From positions 1 through 32,680 of the IMG/VR virus record IMGVR_UViG_3300022177_000047: a stretch of DNA of 32,680 nt. One strand, written 5' to 3'. Origin of the DNA: a virus. Its lineage: Duplodnaviria > Caudoviricetes. Positions 25,966-32,680 of this stretch are shown here, piece after piece. How positions within the stretch are numbered: the first letter of the stretch is position 1; each line of letters opens with the position of its first letter. A model generated the notes under the pieces. The model did no database searches and was not told where the DNA came from. It saw only the letters and a program-made list of their open reading frames with translations. Both the position numbers and the translations under genes were made by a program.

Positions 25966-26412
25966 TTATTCTGTTCTCTTGATGCTTTTCTCTTCGTCGA
26001 AGCCTTCTGGATATCTCTTTTTCAGCTTTTCAATGTTGGCTATAGCTATTTCACTTAAATCTAAATCAGCTGTAGTTGCAATTGTGGCCACGTACCAAAG
26101 TACGTCTCCCAACTCCTTTTTGAGCTTGTCCTGGTCCATTTCATGGCCATGCCATAACACTTTTTTAAGATAGTCCACTACTTCTCCAGCTTCGCCGGTC
26201 AATCCCATGCTGAAGTTAAGGAATCTGTTTCTATCATTAAGGCTTCCGGCAGTCCTTTCGGCTGCTAGTTGATATTTTTCAAAACTCATTCCGGTAATCA
26301 TGTCTGCTAGACATCCATTGCAACTACATAAGCTGCAATCCTTTTCTTCGCCTGCTTCCATCATTATTTCGCACTCTTTCAAATCATGCTGTTGCACTTT
26401 ACTTAACATCAT
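25966..26412 (-). CDS. MazG-like nucleotide pyrophosphohydrolase with Cys-rich N-extension
   Basis: YQLAAERT, GLTGEAGEVVDYLKK, KELGDVLWY, NIEKLKKRYPEGF. Confidence 0.92.
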   Translation of the reverse strand: MMLSKVQQHDLKECEIMMEAGEEKDCSLCSCNGCLADMITGMSFEKYQLAAERTAGSLNDRNRFLNFSMGLTGEAGEVVDYLKKVLWHGHEMDQDKLKKELGDVLWYVATIATTADLDLSEIAIANIEKLKKRYPEGFDEEKSIKRTE

Positions 26413-26704
26413 TCTGCCTCCAATCTATCTTCTGGCCACAAGACCTACAATATGCATCTAGATATCCTATGAAATTTCCACACTGACACTTATATAGTTT
26501 CGTTCCTTTGCAAAACTTAGCCCTGCCTACCATGGTGTCTTTTTCTGCAGTTATAACAGTTGGCTTCTTTGGAGTTAACTGTTCAAGCGCCTCTATCGCC
26601 AGATCGTAATGTCTAGCAAGCCTAACGCAATCTCTCCCTCGCTCAAATCCCAGTTGATGCCTATGATACTGTATGGCTCTCTCTATATCTTTTAGATTGC
26701 TCAT
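26399..26704 (-). CDS. Zn-ribbon phage protein
   Basis: LAIEALEQLTPKKP...CQCG...YCRSCGQKIDW. Confidence 0.7.
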   Translation of the reverse strand: MSNLKDIERAIQYHRHQLGFERGRDCVRLARHYDLAIEALEQLTPKKPTVITAEKDTMVGRAKFCKGTKLYKCQCGNFIGYLDAYCRSCGQKIDWRQNDVK

Positions 26705-26744
26705 ACTCTACGCCTCCTATTGCGCTATTTGCTTGAAATACACC

Positions 26745-26897
26745 TTATTCATCGTCGTCATCTATAACATAAAACATTCTTCCGCATTCATCGCACACAC
26801 AAGCTCCATTAGGTTTGAACTTAGAAATAGGCTCTCCGCAAAATGGACACACTTCTATTTCTTCTGTTGTAGAGTGACCCTGCACATACCCTCCCAT
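26745..26897 (-). CDS. Small Zn-finger protein, 50 aa (not in track)
   Basis: MGGYVQGHSTTEEIEVCPFCGEP...CDECGRMFYVIDDDDE*; SD AAAGGAGG. Confidence 0.7.
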   Translation of the reverse strand: MGGYVQGHSTTEEIEVCPFCGEPISKFKPNGACVCDECGRMFYVIDDDDE

Positions 26898-26943
26898 TGT
26901 TTTTCCTCCTTTCACAATTTACTCAAATTACGCATTTTCCGCC

Positions 26944-27195
26944 CTACATCAACTTATCCAAATTTATTAGACTTGCTTTAATGAGTCCTGGTATTAGCGA
27001 ATACATTTCGAATCTTGGTATGCAGATTTTATTTTCCTCGTTCAGCTTTCTAATTGATATATTTTCGCCTTGCACTGTTATCTCTATCTCGCCTGCTTTC
27101 ATTTTGACTTCAAGCAATTCCACGTCTCGACTCTGGCTATTTTGTTGCGCTGGCCCTTGATTCTTACCCTCATTCACCGACTCTTTCATACTCAC
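26944..27195 (-). CDS. Hypothetical protein
   Basis: ORF in the early operon with SD GGGGTGA. Confidence 0.55.
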   Translation of the reverse strand: MSMKESVNEGKNQGPAQQNSQSRDVELLEVKMKAGEIEITVQGENISIRKLNEENKICIPRFEMYSLIPGLIKASLINLDKLM

Positions 27196-27427
27196 CCCAA
27201 CACTCTCCTTTCATCGCTAACCGTGCATCCCCACAGCTCATGCAGTATTCACTCAAAGCATATCCACCTCCGGCCGGGAACGTGGCCACGTAGTAGCTCT
27301 CATGCGCCCCAATGCTGCAGTTGCATTGCTCGCATATTTTGATTCTCTTATGCTTTGGGGTCTTGATGAAGTTCATCGCAGTCTGTTCTTTGCACAGGTG
27401 TTCCGAATTTCTTTTTCTGACTTTCAA
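27170..27427 (-). CDS. Hypothetical Cys-rich protein (start uncertain, perhaps ATG 27376)
   Basis: CEQC...CMSC; overlaps the initiator 3' end. Confidence 0.5.
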   Translation of the reverse strand: MKVRKRNSEHLCKEQTAMNFIKTPKHKRIKICEQCNCSIGAHESYYVATFPAGGGYALSEYCMSCGDARLAMKGECWGEYERVGE

Positions 27428-28520
27428 GGATCATCGCCTCCAACTCATCGGATGTATACTGGGATGAGCGGTCGTTATCGAAGTGAAACTTGGTCTTGTA
27501 CGGATTGACGGTCTCTTTCTCTTTTTTAGGGACAACCTTATTCGCATACTTGCCTTCCAGCACCTTCGTCATGTTGTTTTCTTTCATGAGCCAATCGAAG
27601 TCTGCGCTCCATCCGTTGACTTTGCCGGTAAGATAGTCACTTTCGCGCACAGCACTAAACAGCTTCTCGAATATCTCAATCTGATTGCCGTACTCCTTGA
27701 ACCTCGCTCCTATGTGCTTCTTTCTCTCTGCAGTTATTCGCTCCACCTTTGGCAGCATGTCACATGTTTCGTTGAAAAGCTTACGGATTTTCTCATATGG
27801 CACTGGTGGCTCTGGATGCTTTTCGGGTGAAGCTTCATCCGATGCTGCTTTTGTAGAAGAAGTAGTATCTGTAATAATCTCTGTAATAGTCTCTGTAGTA
27901 ATCTCTGGTATTGCTTTTTCTTTTTCGCCCTTTGAAGCTTCCTTTTCGCCCTTTCTATTTTCTTTTTCGACCTTTGTATTTTCTTTTTCACGCTTGCATT
28001 TTTCTTTAAGAAAAATCGAAGTGTCTTTTTCGCCCTTGGAGTCAGCCGCATTTTTTTCACTATTATCATCGTCAAAAGCGTCTTTCTGAAGATGTATTGC
28101 ATATCCATCCAAATTGTATCCAAGAGCTATAAGGTCGCTTTGTATTTTGGCCAGATTAACCCTATACTGTAGAGTCCTGTCCATTTTTATTCTCGGATTC
28201 CTTCTTTGGTTCAGCCATCCTTTGTCTACAAGCTCTTTTAGATACTCCCTCATAGCTTTGGCCTGGACATTCATCAAAGTCTCCTCAGAAAGCTCCTCAG
28301 CGCTTTTGTATATCCAGCCGTTACACAACTCCATGCTTGGAATATCCATTTCACTTATAGCGAATGTTGCATACCTCTTTTTCTCTTCAGTTATGTATTT
28401 GTCTATGTCGCCTACTTTCTCAGCCCAATAAAGCATCTGGCCAAGGACGATGGCCAGTTTGAAATCCCCCGTGAGCTCCACCAGCTCTTCTTTTATCAAA
28501 ATCCGTTTAAGCTTTTTCAT
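27348..28520 (-). CDS. Phage replication initiator (wHTH, linker, C-terminal domain)
   Basis: AIVLGQMLYW, GWIYKSAEELSEE, LKELVDKGWL, TLQYRVN; C-terminal WSADFDWLMKENNMTKVLEGKY; internal iterons. Confidence 0.88.
   Translation of the reverse strand: MKKLKRILIKEELVELTGDFKLAIVLGQMLYWAEKVGDIDKYITEEKKRYATFAISEMDIPSMELCNGWIYKSAEELSEETLMNVQAKAMREYLKELVDKGWLNQRRNPRIKMDRTLQYRVNLAKIQSDLIALGYNLDGYAIHLQKDAFDDDNSEKNAADSKGEKDTSIFLKEKCKREKENTKVEKENRKGEKEASKGEKEKAIPEITTETITEIITDTTSSTKAASDEASPEKHPEPPVPYEKIRKLFNETCDMLPKVERITAERKKHIGARFKEYGNQIEIFEKLFSAVRESDYLTGKVNGWSADFDWLMKENNMTKVLEGKYANKVVPKKEKETVNPYKTKFHFDNDRSSQYTSDELEAMILESQKKKFGTPVQRTDCDELHQDPKA
27866..28039. repeat. Putative replication origin: 21-bp-phased iterons plus 12-bp repeats
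   Basis: TTTTCGCCCTT-type core with C at 27926, 27947, 27968, 27989 and 28031; GTAATAATCTCT-like 12-mer x3 at about 27871-27906. Confidence 0.8.
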
Positions 28521-28662
28521 GACAACCCACACTCCCTAAACTGTTATTTGAGCATTAGCAGCACAGCGAGGAATGTAATCCCCGCTATAGCTGCTCTCAA
28601 TGTATTTGCCATCCGTCTTCTTTTCATGCGCCTTGTACGAATCTGCTGCACCTGGAAGCTCA

Positions 28663-28797
28663 TCATGCGCTGCACCTTTTCACATTCGTAAACTTCTTTT
28701 CAGACATGATAATCTTCGCGAATTTATCAACGTCTTTTCTTGCTGTCTCATTGCCTTTCCTTATCCTGGCCTTTTCTTTTCTATCTCGCTTTGACAT
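28663..28797 (-). CDS. Small basic protein, 44 aa
   Basis: MSKRDRKEKARIRKG...; SD GAGGTGA. Confidence 0.5.
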   Translation of the reverse strand: MSKRDRKEKARIRKGNETARKDVDKFAKIIMSEKKFTNVKRCSA

Positions 28798-28819
28798 ATA
28801 GGTCACCTCTCTTGATTTT

Positions 28820-29227
28820 TTAAAACGGTATATCATCATCGAATCCATCCATCGGCTCATATTGTGGCGCTTCTTGGTCCGGTTGCGACCCATTTATGCC
28901 CTCTCCTGTTGGTTTTCCAAGGAATTCTACATTTTCAGCTATTATTTCAGTTATGTATCTTTTGTTGCCTTCTTTGTCTTCGTATGACCTGGTCTGGATT
29001 CTGCCTTTCACCCCAACTTGCTGCCCCTTTTGAAGATAGTTTGCACAGTTTTCTGCCTGCTTTTCCCATGCTTGCACAGGGATAAAATCAGCTTCATAGT
29101 TACCTTCTTTATTCTTGAAAGGCCTGTTAACAGCAACTGTGAATGTAGACACAGGGTTTCCGGTTGTTGGTATATATCTGAGTTCAGGATCTTTTGTTAG
29201 TCTTCCGATTATGACTACGCAATTCAT
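28820..29227 (-). CDS. ssb: Single-stranded DNA-binding protein
   Basis: [33 protein letters not shown]-terminal DDDIPF. Confidence 0.97.
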   Translation of the reverse strand: MNCVVIIGRLTKDPELRYIPTTGNPVSTFTVAVNRPFKNKEGNYEADFIPVQAWEKQAENCANYLQKGQQVGVKGRIQTRSYEDKEGNKRYITEIIAENVEFLGKPTGEGINGSQPDQEAPQYEPMDGFDDDIPF

Positions 29228-29245
29228 GTGTTGCACCTCCGCCAT

Positions 29246-29437
29246 TTATGATATAATTTGATTAGATGATTTTTTACAAGAGCTCTCCGATGGATGCCAG
29301 TCCTGGAGGGCTTTTTCTATGTCCATATGTAGCTCGAACATCTCTTTTTTTACAGCCAGCAGTTGCTCTTCTTTGCTTCTTATACGCATAAGCCGCTGCA
29401 GGTCATGTAGTGTTCCCGAAGCTATCCCGCGTTTCAT
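29246..29437 (-). CDS. Hypothetical protein
   Basis: SD AGGAGG; coupled to neighbour. Confidence 0.55.
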   Translation of the reverse strand: MKRGIASGTLHDLQRLMRIRSKEEQLLAVKKEMFELHMDIEKALQDWHPSESSCKKSSNQIIS

Positions 29438-29646
29438 CTTTCTTTACCTCCTACCAGCCTTTGTTTATGTTTCTCAAGCTCTTGCATTTTGCATTCTATT
29501 TCAGCCAACCTTTTGTCTGAATCAGGCTTGTCGAAAATCTCCATATGCTCCACAAGCAGCTTCATATGCTCGCCTATTGTTTCAATAACCTTGTTGCTAA
29601 TTCTGTTGTACTTTGCCAATTCGCTCACCATGCACCTCCCATTCAT
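29434..29646 (-). CDS. Hypothetical coiled-coil protein (start possibly ATG 29631)
   Basis: SD GGAGGTG before MVSEL. Confidence 0.55.
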   Translation of the reverse strand: MNGRCMVSELAKYNRISNKVIETIGEHMKLLVEHMEIFDKPDSDKRLAEIECKMQELEKHKQRLVGGKER

Positions 29647-30077
29647 TTCGAAAAAACAAGTGCCATTGCAGCTCCTGCTACATCATCAACTTCCTTGGTT
29701 ATCCTTTCCCACTTCTGTTCTTCGTACTTGTCGACTATTCCATCGCAAGCAATTTCAATCATGCTACTGTTGATTTTGTTCAAATCATTCATTTCCTTTT
29801 GTAACCTAAGCACAGACTTTGCCATATCCGAAAATTCCACATCAGGAAGATAGAGCCTTCCTATCAGGGTATTTTGCTTCAAATGCATGTAGCCTAGCCA
29901 TTTGGCTCTGTAAGTCTTAATCATGCAGCATACAATATCGTCTCCTGGGATGGTCCTATTTGATTCATAGTCGGCAAGAGAACGAACGCTGATATTCAGA
30001 TACTCTGCTGCTATAAGCTGTGTTATGCCCGCAGTATGTCTGGCGATTTGGTAGATGTTTCTGCATGTTCTCTGCAT
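29643..30077 (-). CDS. XRE-family HTH phage regulator
   Basis: ARHTAGITQLIAAEYLNISVRSLADYE..RTIP; helical C-domain. Confidence 0.85.
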   Translation of the reverse strand: MQRTCRNIYQIARHTAGITQLIAAEYLNISVRSLADYESNRTIPGDDIVCCMIKTYRAKWLGYMHLKQNTLIGRLYLPDVEFSDMAKSVLRLQKEMNDLNKINSSMIEIACDGIVDKYEEQKWERITKEVDDVAGAAMALVFSK

Positions 30078-30193
30078 TCAATATCCCTCCAATGTAAGTT
30101 ATTATTAAATTATTAAGTCATAAAATAATCCACTCTCCATTCAAGTACTCGTTTAGCACTTCTCACAATCCCCAACAGCATATTCCCATCTTT

Positions 30194-30217
30194 CAAAGCT
30201 CCTGCCCCACAGGAGCT
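30194..30217 (-). terminator. Hairpin / weak terminator after excisionase-like gene
   Basis: AGCTCCTG-TGGGG-CAGGAGCT-TTG. Confidence 0.5.
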
Positions 30218-30232
30218 ATTGTCGTTGAAGAG

Positions 30233-30541
30233 CTATCTGTTCACCACTCTAAGATATGTCTTTTCAGTCTTGCTTTGCTCCTCAAGCCATTTGTCCAACA
30301 GCTTCCGAGTTGTACGAAGCTTCTTACCTATTCTTATTGTGGGAAAGTCCTTTCTCTTAAAGAGCTCTCGTGCTGCATAGCTCCCTACACCCAAGTAGTC
30401 CATCACTGCCTGCACATCCATGCTTTCATCTTCAACATTGGGTGCAACAGCCGGTATTCCTTTAAGTTCTTGTACTTCTTTTCTGAGGCTGGTTACCTCA
30501 TCCAAGAGCCTATCTAGTAAAAGAAGCGCTCCCTCACTCAT
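30233..30541 (-). CDS. Excisionase-like HTH (HTH_17) protein
   Basis: MDVQAVMDYLGVG...ARELFKRKDFPTIRIGKKLR...LDKWL. Confidence 0.8.
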   Translation of the reverse strand: MSEGALLLLDRLLDEVTSLRKEVQELKGIPAVAPNVEDESMDVQAVMDYLGVGSYAARELFKRKDFPTIRIGKKLRTTRKLLDKWLEEQSKTEKTYLRVVNR

Positions 30542-30557
30542 AACTATTCCTCCTCTC

Positions 30558-30794
30558 CTAATACCATGTCCTTGGACCTGTCACATGCAGCCAACATTTG
30601 CGGCCGTTCATTTCGTAGTCAAACCGAAGGAATGGGCCGTTGGCTTTATCCTTTTGATATTTCACGCTGATTGGCTTGATTGTCTTTCTCGTTTCAAGCC
30701 CCCAGGCGTTGTAGAAATTATAGAGAAACTTCTTGAACATGTCGGCGTTGACTCCAAGCTTATCGAAGCCTTTAATATCATCAGCTATTAGCAT
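30558..30794 (-). CDS. Hypothetical protein
   Basis: MLIADDIKGFDKL...WLHVTGPRTWY; SD AAGGAGG. Confidence 0.65.
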   Translation of the reverse strand: MLIADDIKGFDKLGVNADMFKKFLYNFYNAWGLETRKTIKPISVKYQKDKANGPFLRFDYEMNGRKCWLHVTGPRTWY

Positions 30795-30807
30795 GCTCCT
30801 GACCTCC

Positions 30808-31002
30808 TTAAACGTGTTTTTCAAAATAACTCACACTTACTCTCAAAGCCTTTGCAAGCTTACATAACGTGCTAAATCTTGGATCTCTGTTTTCATTCTC
30901 GATATAGGATAGAACTGACGGTGCTATCCCTGCCTGCTTTGCAAGCTGGTTAAGACCTATTCCTTGCCGCTCTCTTAGTTCCTTTATGGCTGTTCCAATC
31001 AA
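30808..31002 (-). CDS. Cro/XRE-family HTH protein, 64 aa
   Basis: IGTAIKELRERQGIGLNQLAKQAGIAPSVLSYIENENRDPRFSTLCKLAKAL; TTG start with SD AAAGGAG. Confidence 0.9.
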   Translation of the reverse strand: MIGTAIKELRERQGIGLNQLAKQAGIAPSVLSYIENENRDPRFSTLCKLAKALRVSVSYFEKHV

Positions 31003-31080
31003 TTGACTCTCCTTTTGCAATATGGTATTCTCAAAAGTAAATGCAACATAATACTTGCAGTCCAACAATATTTTAAGAAG

Positions 31081-31623
31081 GTGATTCTGATTAAAGACAC
31101 AATATTAAGTTATGAAACGTTTTTATCATGTGTTATCGGATTACTAGGGGGCATTGCATTAATTCCTATTTCTAACAACTATGATAGTTTAGTTGTCATA
31201 TTAACCATAGCTGTAATACTCTGTCTTCTATATATTTGGCATCTTAAAATCAAGTTACATAGACGAGTTCCGGATGCAGAAACACTAATGCCTGTTTTAT
31301 CGCATTTTCGTCAACAAAATAATTTTGATCGACCTTCTATTGGCATTTTGAGAGAAACAGCTCTGCTATCGCCATCATTATTTATTACTCTATACTTTAC
31401 TGAAAATGAAATTGAAACTTATCTTGCTACCGCGAAAATATTAAATATTCAGAGTAATAATATTGCTTCATTTGAAATAATTGACTATGATCAGGACTTT
31501 GAAAACATATTGGAAGCTCTTTTTAAAAACGATAAAATTTTACTTGAATCAACAAAAATTAAATTGGCTCTACATGAAAACTTTGTAGCCAAATTAGATT
31601 ATGGAGGTTGTTTTAATGAATAA
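31081..31623 (+). CDS. 2-TM membrane protein, AT-rich moron gene 1 (start uncertain: GTG 31081, CTG 31087 or ATT 31090)
   Basis: Two hydrophobic helices then a beta-rich domain; opposite strand to the phage operon; SD-like AAGGTGA. Confidence 0.7.
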   Translation: MILIKDTILSYETFLSCVIGLLGGIALIPISNNYDSLVVILTIAVILCLLYIWHLKIKLHRRVPDAETLMPVLSHFRQQNNFDRPSIGILRETALLSPSLFITLYFTENEIETYLATAKILNIQSNNIASFEIIDYDQDFENILEALFKNDKILLESTKIKLALHENFVAKLDYGGCFNE

Positions 31624-31999
31624 AAAATATATCCCTGCTATAGTTATTAAAGTAATTGATAAATATACAATTGTTATAAATGCTGGGTCTGAGCATGGTG
31701 TAACCACAGGGCAGCGTTTTTTGATATATTCATTAAGTGAAGATGATATAATCGACCCTGTTACAGGTGACAACTTAGGGAAACTTGAAATCTTAAAAGG
31801 AACTGGCACTGCTACTCATGTTCAAGGTAGAATGACTACGATAACTTCCGATCAATATAAGCGACTTCCTTCGAAAAGAATAATTAGAAAAAAATCATTT
31901 GGTGCTTTTACTCCTCAAGATGAAATTGTCGAGGATCAAGAACCTAAGCATCTGCCTTTTGACTATCCTTCTAATGGGGATTATGCAAAACCAATTTAA
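31616..31999 (+). CDS. FlgT C-terminal-like beta-barrel protein, moron gene 2
   Basis: IVINAGSEHGVTTGQRFLIY...IIDPVTGDNLGKLE..KG.G..THVQ; SD GGAGG; 8-nt overlap with gene 1. Confidence 0.7.
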   Translation: MNKKYIPAIVIKVIDKYTIVINAGSEHGVTTGQRFLIYSLSEDDIIDPVTGDNLGKLEILKGTGTATHVQGRMTTITSDQYKRLPSKRIIRKKSFGAFTPQDEIVEDQEPKHLPFDYPSNGDYAKPI

Positions 32000-32023
32000 C
32001 AACTTAAATAATAAATTTATTAA

Positions 32024-32191
32024 TTAAAAAAATAATCCTCCAATGAAAAGACTCGTTCCTAAGCTTAATAAGAACATACCTGTTGTACGATAGTAACGAG
32101 CATCGTATTTGTCATGCGTCCTAGAACTTATTCGGATAAGTATAAGACCTACTGATGCAGCAGCAAATGAAATTCCTAGTCGTATTATCAT
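32024..32191 (-). CDS. Small 2-TM protein, 55 aa (not in track)
   Basis: MIIRLGISFAAASVGLILIRISSRTHDKYDARYYRTTGMFLLSLGTSLFIGGLFF*; SD AAAGGGGG. Confidence 0.55.
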   Translation of the reverse strand: MIIRLGISFAAASVGLILIRISSRTHDKYDARYYRTTGMFLLSLGTSLFIGGLFF

Positions 32192-32218
32192 GAAACCATA
32201 CCCCCTTTTTGGTGATTG

Positions 32219-32680
32219 CTATTTGATACGACAGTATTTAGATAACTTCACCGTTACATTTCTTTTGCCGGTGCAGGTGGTTTCTATTTTCAATTCACTG
32301 CCTGCACTGATTTCTTTTAGAACGTCCGAACCTTCAACATTTAAAGTCACGTATATATCTTTTCCTTTCTCACTGGGCTTCTTCTCCAGCTCTTCAATTC
32401 TCTTGTCTGTTTCCAATGTGGTCACCTCCTTTTCAATAAGAGTTTTCTTCTTTGATAAAAAACTCTTTGCCAAATCTCTTAAATCAAGCACCTTAATTTC
32501 ATCGCTAGAGTCTAAAATCACCGGTGTTGTTTTACATAATTGCTTTGAATCATAATCCGGTAAAACCAATCGTTTTGCTACTACTTCAGCAATCCTTTCA
32601 ATATCTGGCTGTTCTTGAACTCGCACTTCCAGAGCAGCCACCTTCTTCTCAAGCTCTTCGATTCTTTTATCTGCTTCCAA
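32219..32680 (-). CDS. Hypothetical protein with duplicated LE(A/T)DKRIEELEKK start module
   Basis: ORF begins at the window edge; internal SD AAAGGAGGTG plus in-frame TTG at 32416. Confidence 0.6.
   Translation of the reverse strand: MEADKRIEELEKKVAALEVRVQEQPDIERIAEVVAKRLVLPDYDSKQLCKTTPVILDSSDEIKVLDLRDLAKSFLSKKKTLIEKEVTTLETDKRIEELEKKPSEKGKDIYVTLNVEGSDVLKEISAGSELKIETTCTGKRNVTVKLSKYCRIK

Noticed and set aside
31003-31080. Track N-terminal extensions of 31003..31623 (+) and 30808..31068 (-)
   Set aside because: They overlap head to head; SD positions favour starts near 31081-31090 and at 31002, leaving a divergent intergenic region.
1-32680. tRNA/rRNA genes and IS elements
   Set aside because: No cloverleaf, rRNA-like stretch or transposase was recognised by eye; tRNAscan and Rfam were not run.

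Overview
The window is most of a temperate Firmicutes (Clostridia-like) phage or prophage, read almost entirely on the minus strand. From right to left it carries early and regulatory genes (Cro-like HTH, excisionase-like HTH, SSB, a replication initiator with an internal iteron origin, MazG) and an ArpU/RinA-type late activator with its repeat-box promoter. Next come a small tyrosine recombinase with a paired palindromic site, packaging genes (HNH-ATPase, TerS, TerL) and an HK97-type head. These are followed by a PBSX/Xkd-type contractile tail and baseplate, a lysis cassette (two holins, an amidase, an S8-protease-like protein) and a hicAB moron. The integrase, repressor and att sites lie outside the window. 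Highlights: (1) an AT-rich two-gene insert, a 2-TM protein plus an NrnC-like dinucleotidase, which is a candidate nucleotide-sensing anti-phage system; (2) three baseplate-region genes sharing complementary halves of a split, circularly permuted Ig fold, suggesting a strand-complemented Ig filament; (3) two -1 frameshift extensions missing from the ORF track (capsid plus Ig/Fn3-like domain, and tail chaperone G/GT); (4) a hicA toxin with only an ATT start codon; (5) a second AT-rich, opposite-strand cassette (2-TM protein plus FlgT_C-like protein). All family calls come from motif recognition by eye; no searches were run.
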